In this document: positions 25,768-38,600 of the stretch, piece by piece | Layout of the letters: the number at the start of each line of letters is the position of its first letter | How positions within the stretch are numbered: the first letter of the stretch is position 1 | Assembly (NCBI GenBank): GCA_900088475.1 | Contig: FLMG01000540.1 | Location: 124,765-188,764, forward strand | From: Hyphochytrium catenoides | Lineage: Eukaryota; Protista; Hyphochytriomycota | DNA: 64,000 nucleotides | Direction: 5' to 3' | The notes under the pieces: model-generated | Told to the model about the DNA's origin: nothing | Database searches by the model: none | Seen by the model: the letters and a program-made list of their open reading frames with translations, nothing else | Program-made: the position numbers and the translations under genes

Positions 25768-25840
25768 TGCTCCTGCTGGGGATTGAACCCAGGACCTTTC
25801 GCTTACTAAGCGAATGCTACTACCACTGAGCTACAAGAGC
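25768..25840 (-). tRNA. tRNA-Thr (anticodon AGT)
   Basis: Minus strand GCTCTTG TA GCTCAGTGGTAGTAGC A TTCGC TTAGTAA GCGAA AGGTC CTGGG TTCAATC CCCAG CAGGAGC A: acceptor, anticodon and T stems pair; TTTT Pol III terminator at 25760-25763. Confidence 0.95.
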
Positions 25841-26266
25841 TGTTGTTGATGTTAGCAGGCACAGCCAAAAAACATAAAGCCTGCGTTTGCATATGCTCAC
25901 GGTGGGCTGTTGAGGAAATGCAGATTCACAGTTGCCGACACATGAAGATCCAGATTGACCAGAATGATTGCTGACCTTTGCAGCTTGCAGCCGCGGTTCA
26001 TTGGCACGCGAGCCATACCCTATCCATGTGCCTCCCGATTCCGTGGAGACCCCTCACTAATTGGCAGCGTTCAAGCGTAAGCGCAAGCATGCAAGCCCAT
26101 GATATTCAGTAAATGCTATGATGAGGGGCATGCGCAATACTGACTTCATACAGAGGTGCCGGCACCGATACGTCATCTGCCTGCCGCTGGTTATAATGGA
26201 GGAGTTGAGTCTCTGATGAGGTTCAGAGAGTAGACAGGTAGCAGGACTTGAGCTTCGAACTGGGCG

Positions 26267-28707
26267 ATGGAGGAAGGTGGCCTCCATGAGTTTCATAATG
26301 TAGATATAAGTGCGATTATAGAAAATGAACACCAGGCCCGAGGAATAAGGGCATTCCAAGGTTAGAAGCCAGAGAAAGTACATGCCAAAGGCGTCGTAGC
26401 TCATAAAACTGTTGTCCCTTCCTCATGCATGGCCGTGACCTCAACTCCATCCTGCTAAGGAGAGTTGCTGAAACTATACCTGTTGGTGTATCGACCTCCC
26501 TCTACTCCTCCATCTCTGGGTGCAGCCACGGAAGAATTGACTGTGTTTCATGAGCAAGAGGCCGCCCGAGCGGCCGAATTTAAGGCTAGATGGACCGGCC
26601 ATTGCTCTCATTTGCAGGTGGCAGAGCCCTTATCAAGCATTAAATATGTGCTTTCCCTTTCTGTCATAAGCTAACAACCCCGTTTTCTAGGTGGATGTCC
26701 AACTCTTGAAAGAGGATGAGAAGACCGTTGGGGTTAAAGACAAAGACAGCTATCCTCGGCCAAGCGAGTTACGGTCAGCACTATTCCGCCGCCGCACCGG
26801 ATCCTTATCAGTGGCAGAGAATGCCCCTGTTCAACGCTTGCAGACTGAGGGCCGCTCGACCCCGTCTTCCAAAAGCTCTGTGGCCAATCAGGGCGAAACT
26901 TCAGCGCCATCTGTAGTGTCGGATTTTAATGAGGTAAGGAATTGCTAAGCCTAGGTTCTCTTGATAGCTTTTGAACTGCCTCCTCAGAACTCTCTTACTT
27001 CAAGCGATATTCACGCTCATATGTAGGAAGGCGTAAAGCAGCCCGATGTTGTCTTTTTGGTGGAAGTGCCAGTCTCAGTGAAGCCTGAGTTCCTTGGCAT
27101 GGAACTCATCCTTGAAGTCTCTATTACAGCGTCAGTTCTTGCTTTGTCTGGGATCAGAGTCTTCAGTGATGTTCTATCGAAAGGCTTTAGTGGTGGAAAG
27201 GATGAAGGCCACGAAAGGGCTCTGAGCCGGCTATATAACCTCAGTCGGAACACCACTGCTACAGTGGCGCCGAGGAAGCTAAGAAAGACAATTGTCGTTG
27301 TGCAGCCTGTCAGCATTCGCGCACATCACACATACCTTTCAGGCACCACGTGCGTCTGCATCCAGGTAATGGAAATGAAGGGTCGTGGTGCGTCAGAGCC
27401 TGCCATAATATAAAGCTTATCTCACCGCTTGGTTAACAACTCACTGTGGGAGGCCAAGGGATTCAACTTATGGACCACACCCTGACACCCTTTCTTTTAT
27501 AGGTTGAGAACGTCCAAACAGGCCTCCCATTGCAACTTCACGACATTCAATTCCATCTGAATAGCACGAGGCGAAACAGCATCCGAACTCGATTGGTCTC
27601 CTCTGAACCATCGATGCCCCTCACTCCTACTTCCCCAAGCACTGCGATACGAGAGGAAGCCGAAAGAATTGCGGATTTGGACTTGGATATCGGTTCTCTC
27701 TTCAAGGCGTACATAAAGCAGGAGAACTTTCCAATAGAGCTCTTACCTGGTAAGTATTGGGTGTCATCCCAGCCGTTATCTTTAGGAAGGCTTCGGACAA
27801 GCTGACTTGCTGCCGCCAAGGCTAGTCGCTGACTGAACTTGGCCGCAGGAGAACAACACAACTTCATCTTGTGCATTGAAGAACAGAGCTATACTGGGCA
27901 GAATTTGGTTGCTCCGGACTCTGACCGGCCAGCGAGGAGGATCACCCCAGTTGGGAGCTTCCGTTCCCTGTTGACTGTGACCTGGAAGAATGAATGCATG
28001 GCAAGCTATGTCATCGCTCAGAACACCCTTAAGTGGTCTCGTCCGGGTCCTGCCGTAGGAGGTATTTCCCTAAGCTTGAGCGGTAGGATAAAGCATTGCT
28101 TTTTGTTCCGTTGCGGAAGTGCTTGACACTAGCTTCCTGGATTTGACCCCTCACTTTTCCGTCCATGCTAACGCCCTCTCTTTGTCCAGGAGAGTCACCA
28201 GTGGTAGCAAAGAAGGTGTTCTCTGTGTCGGTAAATGTGGTAAACAGATCCCCGGAACCAAGAGACCTCACTCTGCTCGTGGCATCGCATACCGAAGTGC
28301 GATCTGCTGTCTCTGACAACCTTCTCAAGTCGTATCAGGAAAGGGATGCGAGGAGGATAGCAGTAGAGCCCATGAGTCCTACTTCAATAGGTGTCGAAGC
28401 CTCACTCTACTTGGGGTAAGCGCGGGTCTTCTCACTGTCCTCATAGGGGAGAAAGTGCTTGCTATCCACTCACACGCCTTTAGACGGTCATCTCATTAGC
28501 TTTTCGCACGTACCTTTCTACGGTTCTATCCTTTGCCTCTTCTCTTGCTATCTCAGGCAAGTCGACGGCTACAACGCATGCTCAGCAAGCCTTCATTTCC
28601 TCCCCTTAAGGGAAGGGAAGCTTGAGATTGTGAATATTTATGTGTATGATAGTGTCGAGCAGACCTATTTCTGGCTAGATCAGCCATACGAGGTATATGC
28701 CATCTGA
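26267..28707 (+). CDS. TRAPP II subunit, TRAPPC13/TRAPPC14 (Trs65)-like, spliced
   Basis: MEEGGLHEFHNVDISAII...AFQG|ELLKLYLLV; Ig-like beta modules CIQ|VENVQTGLPLQLHDIQFHL, FPIELLPG|EQHNFILCIE, KVFSVSVNVVNRS, LG|QVDG...SLHFLPLREGKLEIVNIYVYD. Confidence 0.65.
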
Positions 28708-28813
28708 TGCACAGAGAGTAAGAGAAATCTAGCTTTGTAGATCCTTACACAAGGATCAATAGGACAGAAGTGCAACAGAAGTAGAGAAACCAATAGAGCT
28801 ACTGATGGCAATG

Positions 28814-30066
28814 CTATTTAGTTGCTCCTAGGAGTAAAAGAAGAATGAGGATGATCGTCAGAATGACGATTGTGAGCTTCAGCTTGAATGTATTGGCTGT
28901 TTGGCTGGCTTGCCGTGTCCTCTCTGCCTCTGCCCTGAGGCCTGCGGAAGCTTCATCCACATCTCTATCCATCTCATCGAGAAGCCTCTGAAAGAGCGCA
29001 AGCAATGTCAGGCGTTCTCCGAAATCCGCCGCACTCTTCCGGTGCTTCCTTCTCACTCGCTCTACTCAGAACTATACCCGGTGTTTCCTCTCATTCGTCG
29101 ATTCAATGTTTGAAGTACAGTGAATTCTCATCTCCCTTTACCGTATACGTACCACGTGCAGGTTGGCTTCGTCATGGATCGACATGCCGTACTGCTTAAG
29201 GTTCCCTACCCCTCGCTCAATCTCAACCAGCTCTTCATCTTGGGCTGCCGTCAAACAATGATGGAATGCGAGGTTAGAGATGCAAGAGATTTTAGCTAGA
29301 TGAGCACAGCGTCAAGAAGATTGTCAGGCAAAATATTCACCTTGAAGTACGCTCTTCTGCATAGCAAGCACGTCCTCACTGGAGTAGCCAGTAACGTCTG
29401 ATGGTAAGTTGCTGATTGAGGATGCGCGACTTGAGTTAGTTGCTGAGATAGTTTCAGAAGCCTACATCCAAAGATTCTTCGTTACCTTCCCTTATATCTT
29501 CCCTGCTTGTTTGTCATCTGGAGGACGAAGTTCTGGAAGAAAGTGGATTGGGGCGGCGTCAAGGTACAGTCTTAGGATCCGGCAAAGGACATAATGTTTT
29601 ACCATTTCACCCTTGAGGGTGTTAAGCGCAGCCCGGCGTTGGTTCAGCTCTTTGGGTTTGCTAAGTAGAAAGGGAAGACGGAAGCTTGTTAAGGTCAGGA
29701 CTCACGAAAGAGGCCGCAGGGACTTACAGTCCGTAACGCTTCGCATTCCCTTCCATTCTGCCCAAGTTAAGCTCTAACTGCTCGACGGAGCCTTGCAATC
29801 GCTCACACTTCTTCTTGGCATCTCCCTAACGAGACCGAGGGTTTGCGCTCAATAAGTTATCGAGTCATTGTGATACTTATCGTAGCGGCTCCTTACCGCC
29901 TTCCCATGTTGCAGGCTGGCCCGTAGCTCCTGGTTGGTGCGGTTAGTAGAGATTTTTCTTCTCAAGGGTGGCGGTACTTGTCCTTAGCCAAAACGGATCC
30001 TACCTTTGTCAGCAGCTTAGTCCTCTCGAAGTCCTCGACCCATTCCTGCGGACTGGACTCCGCCAT
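28814..30066 (-). CDS. Qc-SNARE (syntaxin-8/SYP5-like), spliced
   Basis: N-terminal helical bundle with ELNQRRAALNTL; SNARE motif AQDEELVEIERGVGNLKQYGMSIHDEANLH|RLLDEMDRDVDEASAGL; C-terminal TM LTIVILTIILILLLLLG. Confidence 0.88.
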
Positions 30067-30762
30067 CCTTTAGGCACTTTATATGTGTGGCTGTCGTCAA
30101 TGGGGCATAAGGTTCCAGTACTGCAGGCGCCGCGGAAGATCCTTTAATGACAATTCTGACAAACGACAATATACGATCGAAGATGCCCTCTTATACCGGG
30201 TATATAGCGAGGCGCCCAAGGCAAAGGGAGAAACGTAGGCGGGCCCGAAGCCTTTGACCTACGAGAGTGAATGTGTATCTTAACGGGTCCTGCTTGCTGC
30301 AGCACAAGCTATGGGAGAGACTTGAGATTAGAGAGCATTGAAGACTGAAGACCGATGATCCGCTTCGTTCTTGCTTGTTCCTCAGTCGCTTGTTCCTTCT
30401 TCATGTCTTCCCTCACCTGTAGGAGAGATTCACTTGACCCTTCTAACGCTTTCTGAAACCCAGATCATCGCCAAACCTTGGGCTTGTTACATATAATTGA
30501 ACTGAGATACCCGGCTCAGTTCATATAAATGCCTCGACAAGAATAACCGGGTTAGTCATGGTGGCATTCTGAAGCTTGAAGCTTCTTCAAGTGCAGCAAC
30601 TCCAAAAGTATTGCGTCTCATCAGAGTTTCTGATGAGGCTGGCCTCCGGTCCTCAGGTAGAGACTGAGCAACGGAGCGATTGAGCTCTCCAATGCCATAG
30701 CAACGGTAACGAGGGCCTTGTGCTTTTGCTTTGAACCTGCCTGGTGTCTTCTGCTGCGGGGG

Positions 30763-32284
30763 ATGGAGTCCAAGAAAGGGTTTGCGAGGGCCAATGCAGA
30801 CGAAGTGTCTACTCAAACCTTCTTTCTCCTTCTGGTACGTCTACCGCTTATAGTTAGATCAATCTGATGGCGGCGCCCTCACCACTAAATGTTAGGGCAT
30901 TGGCCAACTCTTTCCATGGAATGCTTTTGTCACAGCGCATGGGTTCTTTTCTATGCGGCTTAAGGACACGTCGTACCAGGATACTTTTGAAAGTTGGTTT
31001 GGCATTTCTTTTAACCTCACGGGAGTCCTGGGGCTGGTCTACATCTTGTTGTCAACTTCAAATGTGAGCTCAGCGCCTAAGCGCATTGTCTTCCCTTTTG
31101 GCTGTATGATGGTGTCCTTTGCCATCATTACTGGCCTTGTACATCTGCAAAGTCTGAAAGGAGATCGCTTCTTCCTCGTCATACTGGGCCTCACCTTCAT
31201 TAGTGGCATTTGCACCTCAATATTAGGAAGCGCCTTATTTGCTTACTCGAGCCGCTTCCCCCCGCAAAACACTGGAGCTGTGATTGCAGGGCAAGCGCTA
31301 GCGGGACTGATAGTATCAGCAGCCAACGTTCTGACAGTGGTTCTCGAGCCCAGCGAGCAGCAAGTGGTAGACTCTAATACCAGTGAGAGGAGGGAAGAGG
31401 GCGACGCCCTTCTGAGATCTGCATCCATATACTTCTCTATTGCGACAGTGGTGCTCTTCACCTGTATTGTTAGCTTCCTCTACCTTCACAAGCACACATC
31501 TTCAGCAACTTCATATCAAGCAGTCTCGGCTAGCGCAGCACTGCACCTTCTGGAGGAGGAGGAGAATGAAGCACTACGAAAGGAGCTTGCTCTTCTTCAA
31601 GAACCAGAGGAGAGTCTCTTGGAGCACAGGCAGAGTAGTTGCGAGGAAATTTATCAAAACAGTTCTCAGCAGGCTGGCATTTGGGAGCTACTCTGCAAGA
31701 TGCGCTGGTCTGCGCTCTCTCTCTTCATGACGTTTTTCGTTACTCTCTGCATCTTCCCTTCTGTGACTTCTGCCATTAGACCGACCTGTCGACTCAAATC
31801 GACTCATTTGTCCAGTGTCGCTAGCAGACTATGCTCCGACCTCTTTACTCCCATAACCTTTGTCCTCTTCAACCTTGGAGACTATCTAGGGAGGGTGACT
31901 GGCAGCTGGAAGCAAGTCCTAAGTTTACGTGGCATTTTTCTTGGATCTCTCCTACGGTTCTCCTTCCTAATCGTCTTCTTATTCTGCAACTATAAGCGGC
32001 CTCCTCCGACTACGGAGCTGTTGGACTATAGTTTTGGAAGCAGCCATGGCTCCAACCGCCTTGCCTCACTCTCGCGTGATTCCTACGCCATGCTCTCCAT
32101 CCTCTTCCTGGGATTTACAGGAGGCTACCTAGCCAATTTAGTCTTCATAGACGCATCCACACGCTCGAAGCCTCAGGATCATGACCGTACGGGATCGATT
32201 TTGGTTTTGGCCCTGAATGTAGGACTTTTTTTTGGTTCTATGGCCTCACTTGGCCTAAAGAGCCTACTATATAGCTCGGCGTAG
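30763..32284 (+). CDS. Equilibrative nucleoside transporter (SLC29/ENT), 2 exons
   Basis: MESKKG...FFLLL|GIGQLFPWNAFVTA; GQALAG; FFVTLCIFPSV; LFNLGDYLGR; GFTGGYL; about 11 TM segments. Confidence 0.93.
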
Positions 32285-32657
32285 CTAAGGCACCAACGAG
32301 CCACAAGAGGTATATTGACTTGTGTTGACTTAGGGGGAGCGCGAATGCCCGCCCCTGTCTGCTTCTTGTGCTAACTCCACTTTACGATAACGGCGGCAGA
32401 TGAAGTGGCGGAAGGGAGGGAAAGAAGGGTGATTGATCCTTTAAGCCTAACCACGAGTCATGACGTTATGTTGTGCCCCAGGGGCTACAGTTGGCATTCT
32501 ATATACTTGGGACAGACATAAGTCTTTGCTTCTCTTTGACGGCGTAGGAGCACCTCCGATAAAACTACTTACACCTCTGGCGAGTACTTTAGCAACTGCA
32601 TCTTCCCAGCAAGGAGAATGTTACGCAGCTAGCTTGATTGGAGTACGTTCCTCGCTT

Positions 32658-32803
32658 CAGCTCCGTCGTTGATCCTTGGCCACAGCTAGCGTCATTGTGG
32701 AAAAAGCTCCATACATATTTTGACCTTGCTCAGCTCCTTCGTTGATCCTTGGCCACAGCTAGCGTAATTGTGCAGAAGGCTCCATACATACTTTGACCTT
32801 GCC
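32658..32803. repeat. Tandem duplication of a 73-bp unit (7 mismatches)
   Basis: cagctcc(g/t)tcgttgatccttggccacagctagcgt...tttgaccttgc starting at 32658 and 32731. Confidence 0.92.
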
Positions 32804-33207
32804 CGACAGGACTTGAGCATCAGAGGTTAGATGTTAGATGAAGAAGCTCTGTAATAATCTGTTGAAGTTCACGTGGAGATAGGATCTTTCTGAAGATTTG
32901 GGTTCTCAATAGAGTTGAAAGTTGCACACAGGACCATATCGTTTGAATCTTTCAAAATTCCTGTAGTCGCATTTTAAAGCGCAAACCCAAGCTTTTGAAA
33001 CCAATGTAAGCTATCGATGAAATGTTTCCATCATGGCGGTTCTTACTTTTTTGGGGTACAAGCACTTGTACAGTAGGAATTCTTACCAAACCAAGCTGAG
33101 AGCCTCTAGATCCGAAAGCTCCAACAAGCTCAGAGTCCTTTTCTGCTGAGTGAAGGAGAGAACGTGAAAGGCTGGAGGCCTTCAAGCGCTTCGGGAGGTA
33201 GTCATTC

Positions 33208-34041
33208 ATGCTTATAATGATGAGAGCTGTCCTTCAAAGAAGTCTTTGTTGCCTTACACCGTCAGCAGCTCCAAAGAGGACACCTCACGCGAGTCAAGTA
33301 GTGTTCCTTACCTGGCGAGACACTGCCATTCGTCAGCGTCGACAAGGACGATGGATAACCTATGAGGGCTGTGGCCACCACTCGGCAAGGCAGAATCGTT
33401 TGAGGATTACATCCATCAGCCTTCTTTCGTGTACTCAAGCCAAAGGAACTGGAAATATCTTCAAGACCAACTATCAACATAACCATCAATGCCGTGCGAT
33501 ATCTTCTTCGCCGGAGAGAAAAGGCAAGGAGCTTCTCTCACTGATAAAGCACAGCGATGATGCATCAGTCATAGCTGCTGAATCCTTACTTGCCGCTGGC
33601 GATATTGTTTTGGCAACTGTCGACCAGTTCGGTTCCACGGCCCTCATCCTTGCCGCTGGAAAGGGAGAGCTAGATCTTTGTCACAAGCTTTTGGAGTTGA
33701 TGAGATCGAAAGCTGGTGATGGTCTGGACATTAATGCCCAGAACTATTTTGGTTCAACCGCCTTACACTGCGCGTCTGCCAACGGCCATGTGGAAGTCGT
33801 AAGGCTCCTTCTTTCGCATAAAGCAGATGTCCATACAGCATCGAGATGTGGGTCAACAGCTCTTACGAAAGCTGCTGCTTACGGTCGGATAGGAGTGTGT
33901 CGGGTCCTTCTAGAGCATCAAGCTGATGTTAATCGACAGAATAAGTTAGGGAAGTCAGCGCTCGATCTGGCAGCTGATGATCCGCAGCTATTAGAGCTGC
34001 TACGGGAGCACCTTAATAAGGAGGGAAGAGGGGCTCTTTGA
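33208..34041 (+). CDS. Ankyrin-repeat protein, intronless, possible organelle-targeting N-terminus
   Basis: Repeats GSTALILAAGKGELDL, GSTALHCASANGHVEVVRLLL, GSTALTKAAAYGRIGVCRVLLEHQADVN, GKSALDLA. The true start is uncertain. Confidence 0.88.
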   Translation: MLIMMRAVLQRSLCCLTPSAAPKRTPHASQVVFLTWRDTAIRQRRQGRWITYEGCGHHSARQNRLRITSISLLSCTQAKGTGNIFKTNYQHNHQCRAISSSPERKGKELLSLIKHSDDASVIAAESLLAAGDIVLATVDQFGSTALILAAGKGELDLCHKLLELMRSKAGDGLDINAQNYFGSTALHCASANGHVEVVRLLLSHKADVHTASRCGSTALTKAAAYGRIGVCRVLLEHQADVNRQNKLGKSALDLAADDPQLLELLREHLNKEGRGAL

Positions 34042-35675
34042 CTTATTTAGTCATATAGTGATAAATGCTCTGTTTAGAATTTTGACTACTTTGTTTGCTT
34101 GAGAGTCAGAGCGATGGAGTCATGCATCATACAGGCACAAACAGATACAAAGGATCTAGAGTACACGCAAGTAACGTTAAGCTATCGATTCATAGCTCCA
34201 GGAGTACGTTTAGGGATAAAGTCCACAATAGAGAATCACTTGGGACGACCAGTGGTAGTTAATCTTCTCTGAAGGGCAGCTGGGCTCAGTCCGTCGCTGT
34301 TCCTTTGTGCTGCGCTGCTTACGCTTGGATTCTCCCTCACGGGTCTGTCACTCTTCCACAGAAGGATCTTGCAAGGGGCAGGAAGATCGAACTTGTCCTC
34401 TAGAGCTTTATACAATAAAGCACATTCCGATGCTGAGATGGTGTTCAAAGGCGCTGAATAAGGATGGGCACTTGGGGTAAGTAAAGTTGATCAATCGAGA
34501 CAGCCAATGTCATAACAACAATCTAACCTCCTCCAAACTCTCCGTCATTGATCCTCTGCGTGGTAGTCCGCTTAATGGTGGACATCCTACAACGGCAGGG
34601 GCTCTCAGTCTCTGTGAGTGCCGACAGTTCGTTACAGGCTGGCAAGGGCGCAGGGTAGAGACGATCTGCGATGTCGCGTAAGCTTGGATCTGGAAACTTG
34701 AGAAGTGCTGGGTCAGCCGCTGAAGATCTGAATGCGCGCGCTGTCCCCGCAGCCGCTCGACAGTGCAAGAAACAGAACTTTATGGCTAGAGTGACCTCTA
34801 TACGAGGACCGGTGTGCCGCTCCAGTGTCTGTATGCAGGTAGCAACAAAGTAAAGTGTCCCTTCCAGGGGTCACTTGGATCTTCAACTTAGCCCTGTGAA
34901 GCGGAGTAGTAATATCAGTAAACTATTGCACGTGTTACCCTAATAACACCTTGATTGCTCAGAACCGGCGTGGTAATAAATCTTCCCAGCTTGTATGAGA
35001 TCTTTCTGATCACAGCAGCAGGTATCAAATCTTCCAGTCAACACTATTCAAGAGCTTTCCTGGAGCCTCCGCCGCAGCGTCTGCCACGAGCTTCATGTCA
35101 AAGTGCATTCTTCCCTAATTGAGGCTCCTTCCAACTTCAGATGCAGATGATTTCTCTACCGAGCACGGCTTACTAACATGTTCTCCATTCCATTGACTGG
35201 CCCATTCTGCATTTTTACGGAGCCGGCATGGTGTTCTGGTGAGCTATTTTCTTCATTTGCTCTTTTGCTCTCTGATATTTATGGCGCTAGAGTGGCTCTA
35301 CCGTCTCGTCTGCGTTCGACCTGTTCTACCCTTGCTTCTGGGTGAGCTCCACTTCATGCAAAGTGCCTCAGTGGCAGATTACCAAGAAAAGCGGCAAGCA
35401 TCATAAGGCTACCCTATCTGTTCATTGTTCGTAGGGGTTTGGAGGGATTAATTGTGAGTCTATGACACTGTCTCTTGTTTGCGTCAGCGTGATATCTTTA
35501 AGCAATCAGTTATTAAGGAGCTAATGACTAGAGGACTTTAGCCCTGGAGAAGGCTAGCATCTCAGACAAGAAGTGTGTTGGCTACCGCGACAACAGGATG
35601 CTTCAAGTGGCTTTATTCGACAAGTGCCCCGTTGGAAGCATCGCAACTCCCTATTCTCCTCAACCGTGTACACCA

Positions 35676-38600
35676 CTAGATGAAGTTGATTGGTGAATGA
35701 CATAGCAGACAGTACCCTACTTTATCTATCTCTTGTTCCAGCGTCGTCTGGCGGCAGGTTTTGCAATGATAGATGGGCTCATTACTCAGTATGGCAGCCC
35801 CGGTGGCCATACAAACCTGAAACTGCGTGTGGCACCTACCGCAGGAGCTGTGCCTATAAGAGCAGAGGATATGTCAAACCGTGTAACAACTGAGCTGAGT
35901 TGCTCAGCCTGTGATACTTTCAATGCATCCTCTTACCATTCTCTAACCTCCTCATCACAGCTGGGGCAGCGTGGGGGCTGAATGGAAGGATTGTGGGGAG
36001 TGTGCTCTGCGAAGATTTGAAGGGCGAGATCTACATACAGCTGCCGCTGTTCAGCTGAGAGTGAAGGCAGAGTTTCCAACTTCAGGAATGCCTGCGGAAC
36101 GCAAGGTGGACGTCAGCCAATGGGTGGAAAGTCGCGAATTTGGACCAGTGCCACGCCAGGGGATGGAGGGAGTCTCGTGTTGGTTATTCAATTGGATGGT
36201 ACTTCGCACCTTGCTGCACTCCTTGAAATATCTGTTGAAGAATGAGGTTAGGGCCACTAGCGAATAGACGTCTTTGGGTTCCAAGATGTCATCATATTCT
36301 GGCAACCTCAGAGCCGTATTCATGGCAGCATCGACTTGGCCCTGGGAAGGTCGAAGAGATTGTTAGCATTCGTTGACCGTGGCTGCCGTATATATGATGC
36401 AAGGTTAGGGCTTACCATGTAGAGCTGCCTCAGAGCCAGGAGATAGAAGTGATAGGCTAGCGGACCTCGCCATACGTTGTCAAGGACACGACTGAATAGA
36501 GATTTAGAAGAGTCAGATAGGCCCTGAACCCTTGTAATGAACCCTTCTTCGCTTTCCCTTCCTATCTTTGCCTAAAGGACAGCCCTCTCCTGCACCTTTT
36601 GGATATCTCTGTTTACCCATTCCTTCTCTCGTTCTCACTCTTCGTCGTTTAGTGAATGCCTGATCAGGAGTGTTCAAACCTTGATGCAGTTGTCTGATCG
36701 TGATGCATCAATGTGTCCAAAGTCTTCGCGGTTGTTTGGGCGGCACTTAAACCTTCATGCAAGGTCTGCCCCTACAGGTTGGAAGTAGAGCAGAGTAGGA
36801 CAGGTTGAAATAGAGCAGGAAACAGCAAGGATCAGTGTATACTTGATGGAAAAGTCGATGCAGAGATCAAGCAACTCAAGTCACGAAGACAGTGTGTAGG
36901 CTAGGCAAGTTGTGCTCTCAGTCTTGCTCTTTCCACATTTCAACTTTTTCCTGGCATCTCCCTTACCAGCGTCTTCTTCTTAAAGACCTCCACCTCCAAC
37001 GCGGCGAGGACGTATAGTTTTTTTGCTCTCACAGGGTTTCCTTTCGTCCTTGCAATCTCATCTGCCAGCTTAGCCAGGAGTTTGGCGGCATCAGCACTGC
37101 GATTAGCCTTTCGGTACAACTCAATGGCTTGCAGTTGTTTCCCTATAAGAAGAAAGGTTTTAATGGCCCCCAGCCTGAACCATCAGAATCCGAGACTGAT
37201 ATAGAAGAGGGTGCCCAGAAGATATGGGAGGGAAGTGAGAGCGAAGGTGAAGCTTACCCTTCTCTAGTAGCTGTTTGGCATATTTGTTCAACAGCCCCTC
37301 GATCTGTGGAAAGTTGTGCTCTTGAGCGAGGTTCACGGCCTTGTCCCACTGGTTAAGTAGTACACAGGCATCTAGAGCCGCTAAAGAACAAGACAATGAT
37401 TATAAAGCTTGATCAAGACCTTCATCTGGCCGAGATCTTAGTCCCTTTGTCCTCCTTGCTTCCAAGTACACAATTGAACATCTCTCCTCAATTCTCCATT
37501 TCAGGCACTTCCTCATCCCTCCATACTCCTCTTCGCAGCTGACTCTCCATCTTCCTGAGCTCTCGGCCACTTGGCCCGTCTTTCTCCCTCGGCAATCATT
37601 ACTATTCTGCACTCTCCCTCATAAAAGTTTCCTCTGCATCGTTGCTATCGTGGTTCTCTTACCCTTTACGTTTCCTGTCTTGACATACGCATTGACCGCG
37701 TACTCTGCGATTCCAACACTCTGGAACTTCATAGCAATATCCTGCAGCAGCGGAGAGCCTTCGGGCAGCATGCGACTTACCTGTATAGGCAAGCGATCAA
37801 ATAGAAGAAGTAAATCCATGGTATCGCGTGAGTCTAATCACTGGCGATGCAAGCTCACCCTCTCTAGGGACTCATAGTCTTCCGTATTGAAAAAGCACTG
37901 GACCAGAGCCTCATAGTTCTTGGCCTGAGAGTAGTATTGAGCGGCCTTCGCCCATCTCAAGCGATCTGCATAGTGCTCGCCTAAATTGGGATGAAGACGG
38001 CAACAAGTAGCGTTAATGTTCACATGTAATTGATCTAGGAGACCAGTAAGTGATCAGGAGAGGGACGGCTGGTAGACAGTAGTGAAGACTTAAGAGCAAA
38101 GACTTGCATGGAGCTACTCCCGCAACGGCAGCAAAGAAGTCAGGCACGCTTATCAAAACAGGACATTTTATGCAACGCGACAAGAAGCTCCGCCCTATGG
38201 ACTGCTCCTTGGGGTACAGGAAACATGTACAATCAGCACGAAGGTATTGGGTCATGTGGAGATAGACTTGGAGATAGAGGAGGCAAAAGCATTATCCCTT
38301 ACCTATCATATTCCAGGCGTGAGTTAGGAGCTTATCATCCCCTCCACCACTTTGAAGCAGGGCGACAACCCTGAACCAGTCGCCCAGCCGTACTCGCAGC
38401 TCTACCGCTAAGTCCTTGCGGTCCATGTCTCGATATATGCTTTCAGCCTCATCGTATCGTTCAAAGAACACGGCGATCTACGGTGAGGCGAATGCGAAAG
38501 GGGTCAGTTCCTCGCCTTCCAAACCGGCACCCTTTAGGACTAGATGAGATAGTAAAAACAAGACTTGGACAACGCGATGGAAGAAGAACGGGTTTTTCAC

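Noticed and set aside
34940-35229. Selenoprotein (apparent MPAP|EIICI-TGA and TGT-TGA-CTG readings)
   Set aside because: Nearby frames also contain TAA/TAG, there is no recognisable selenoprotein fold or SECIS, and decay explains it better.
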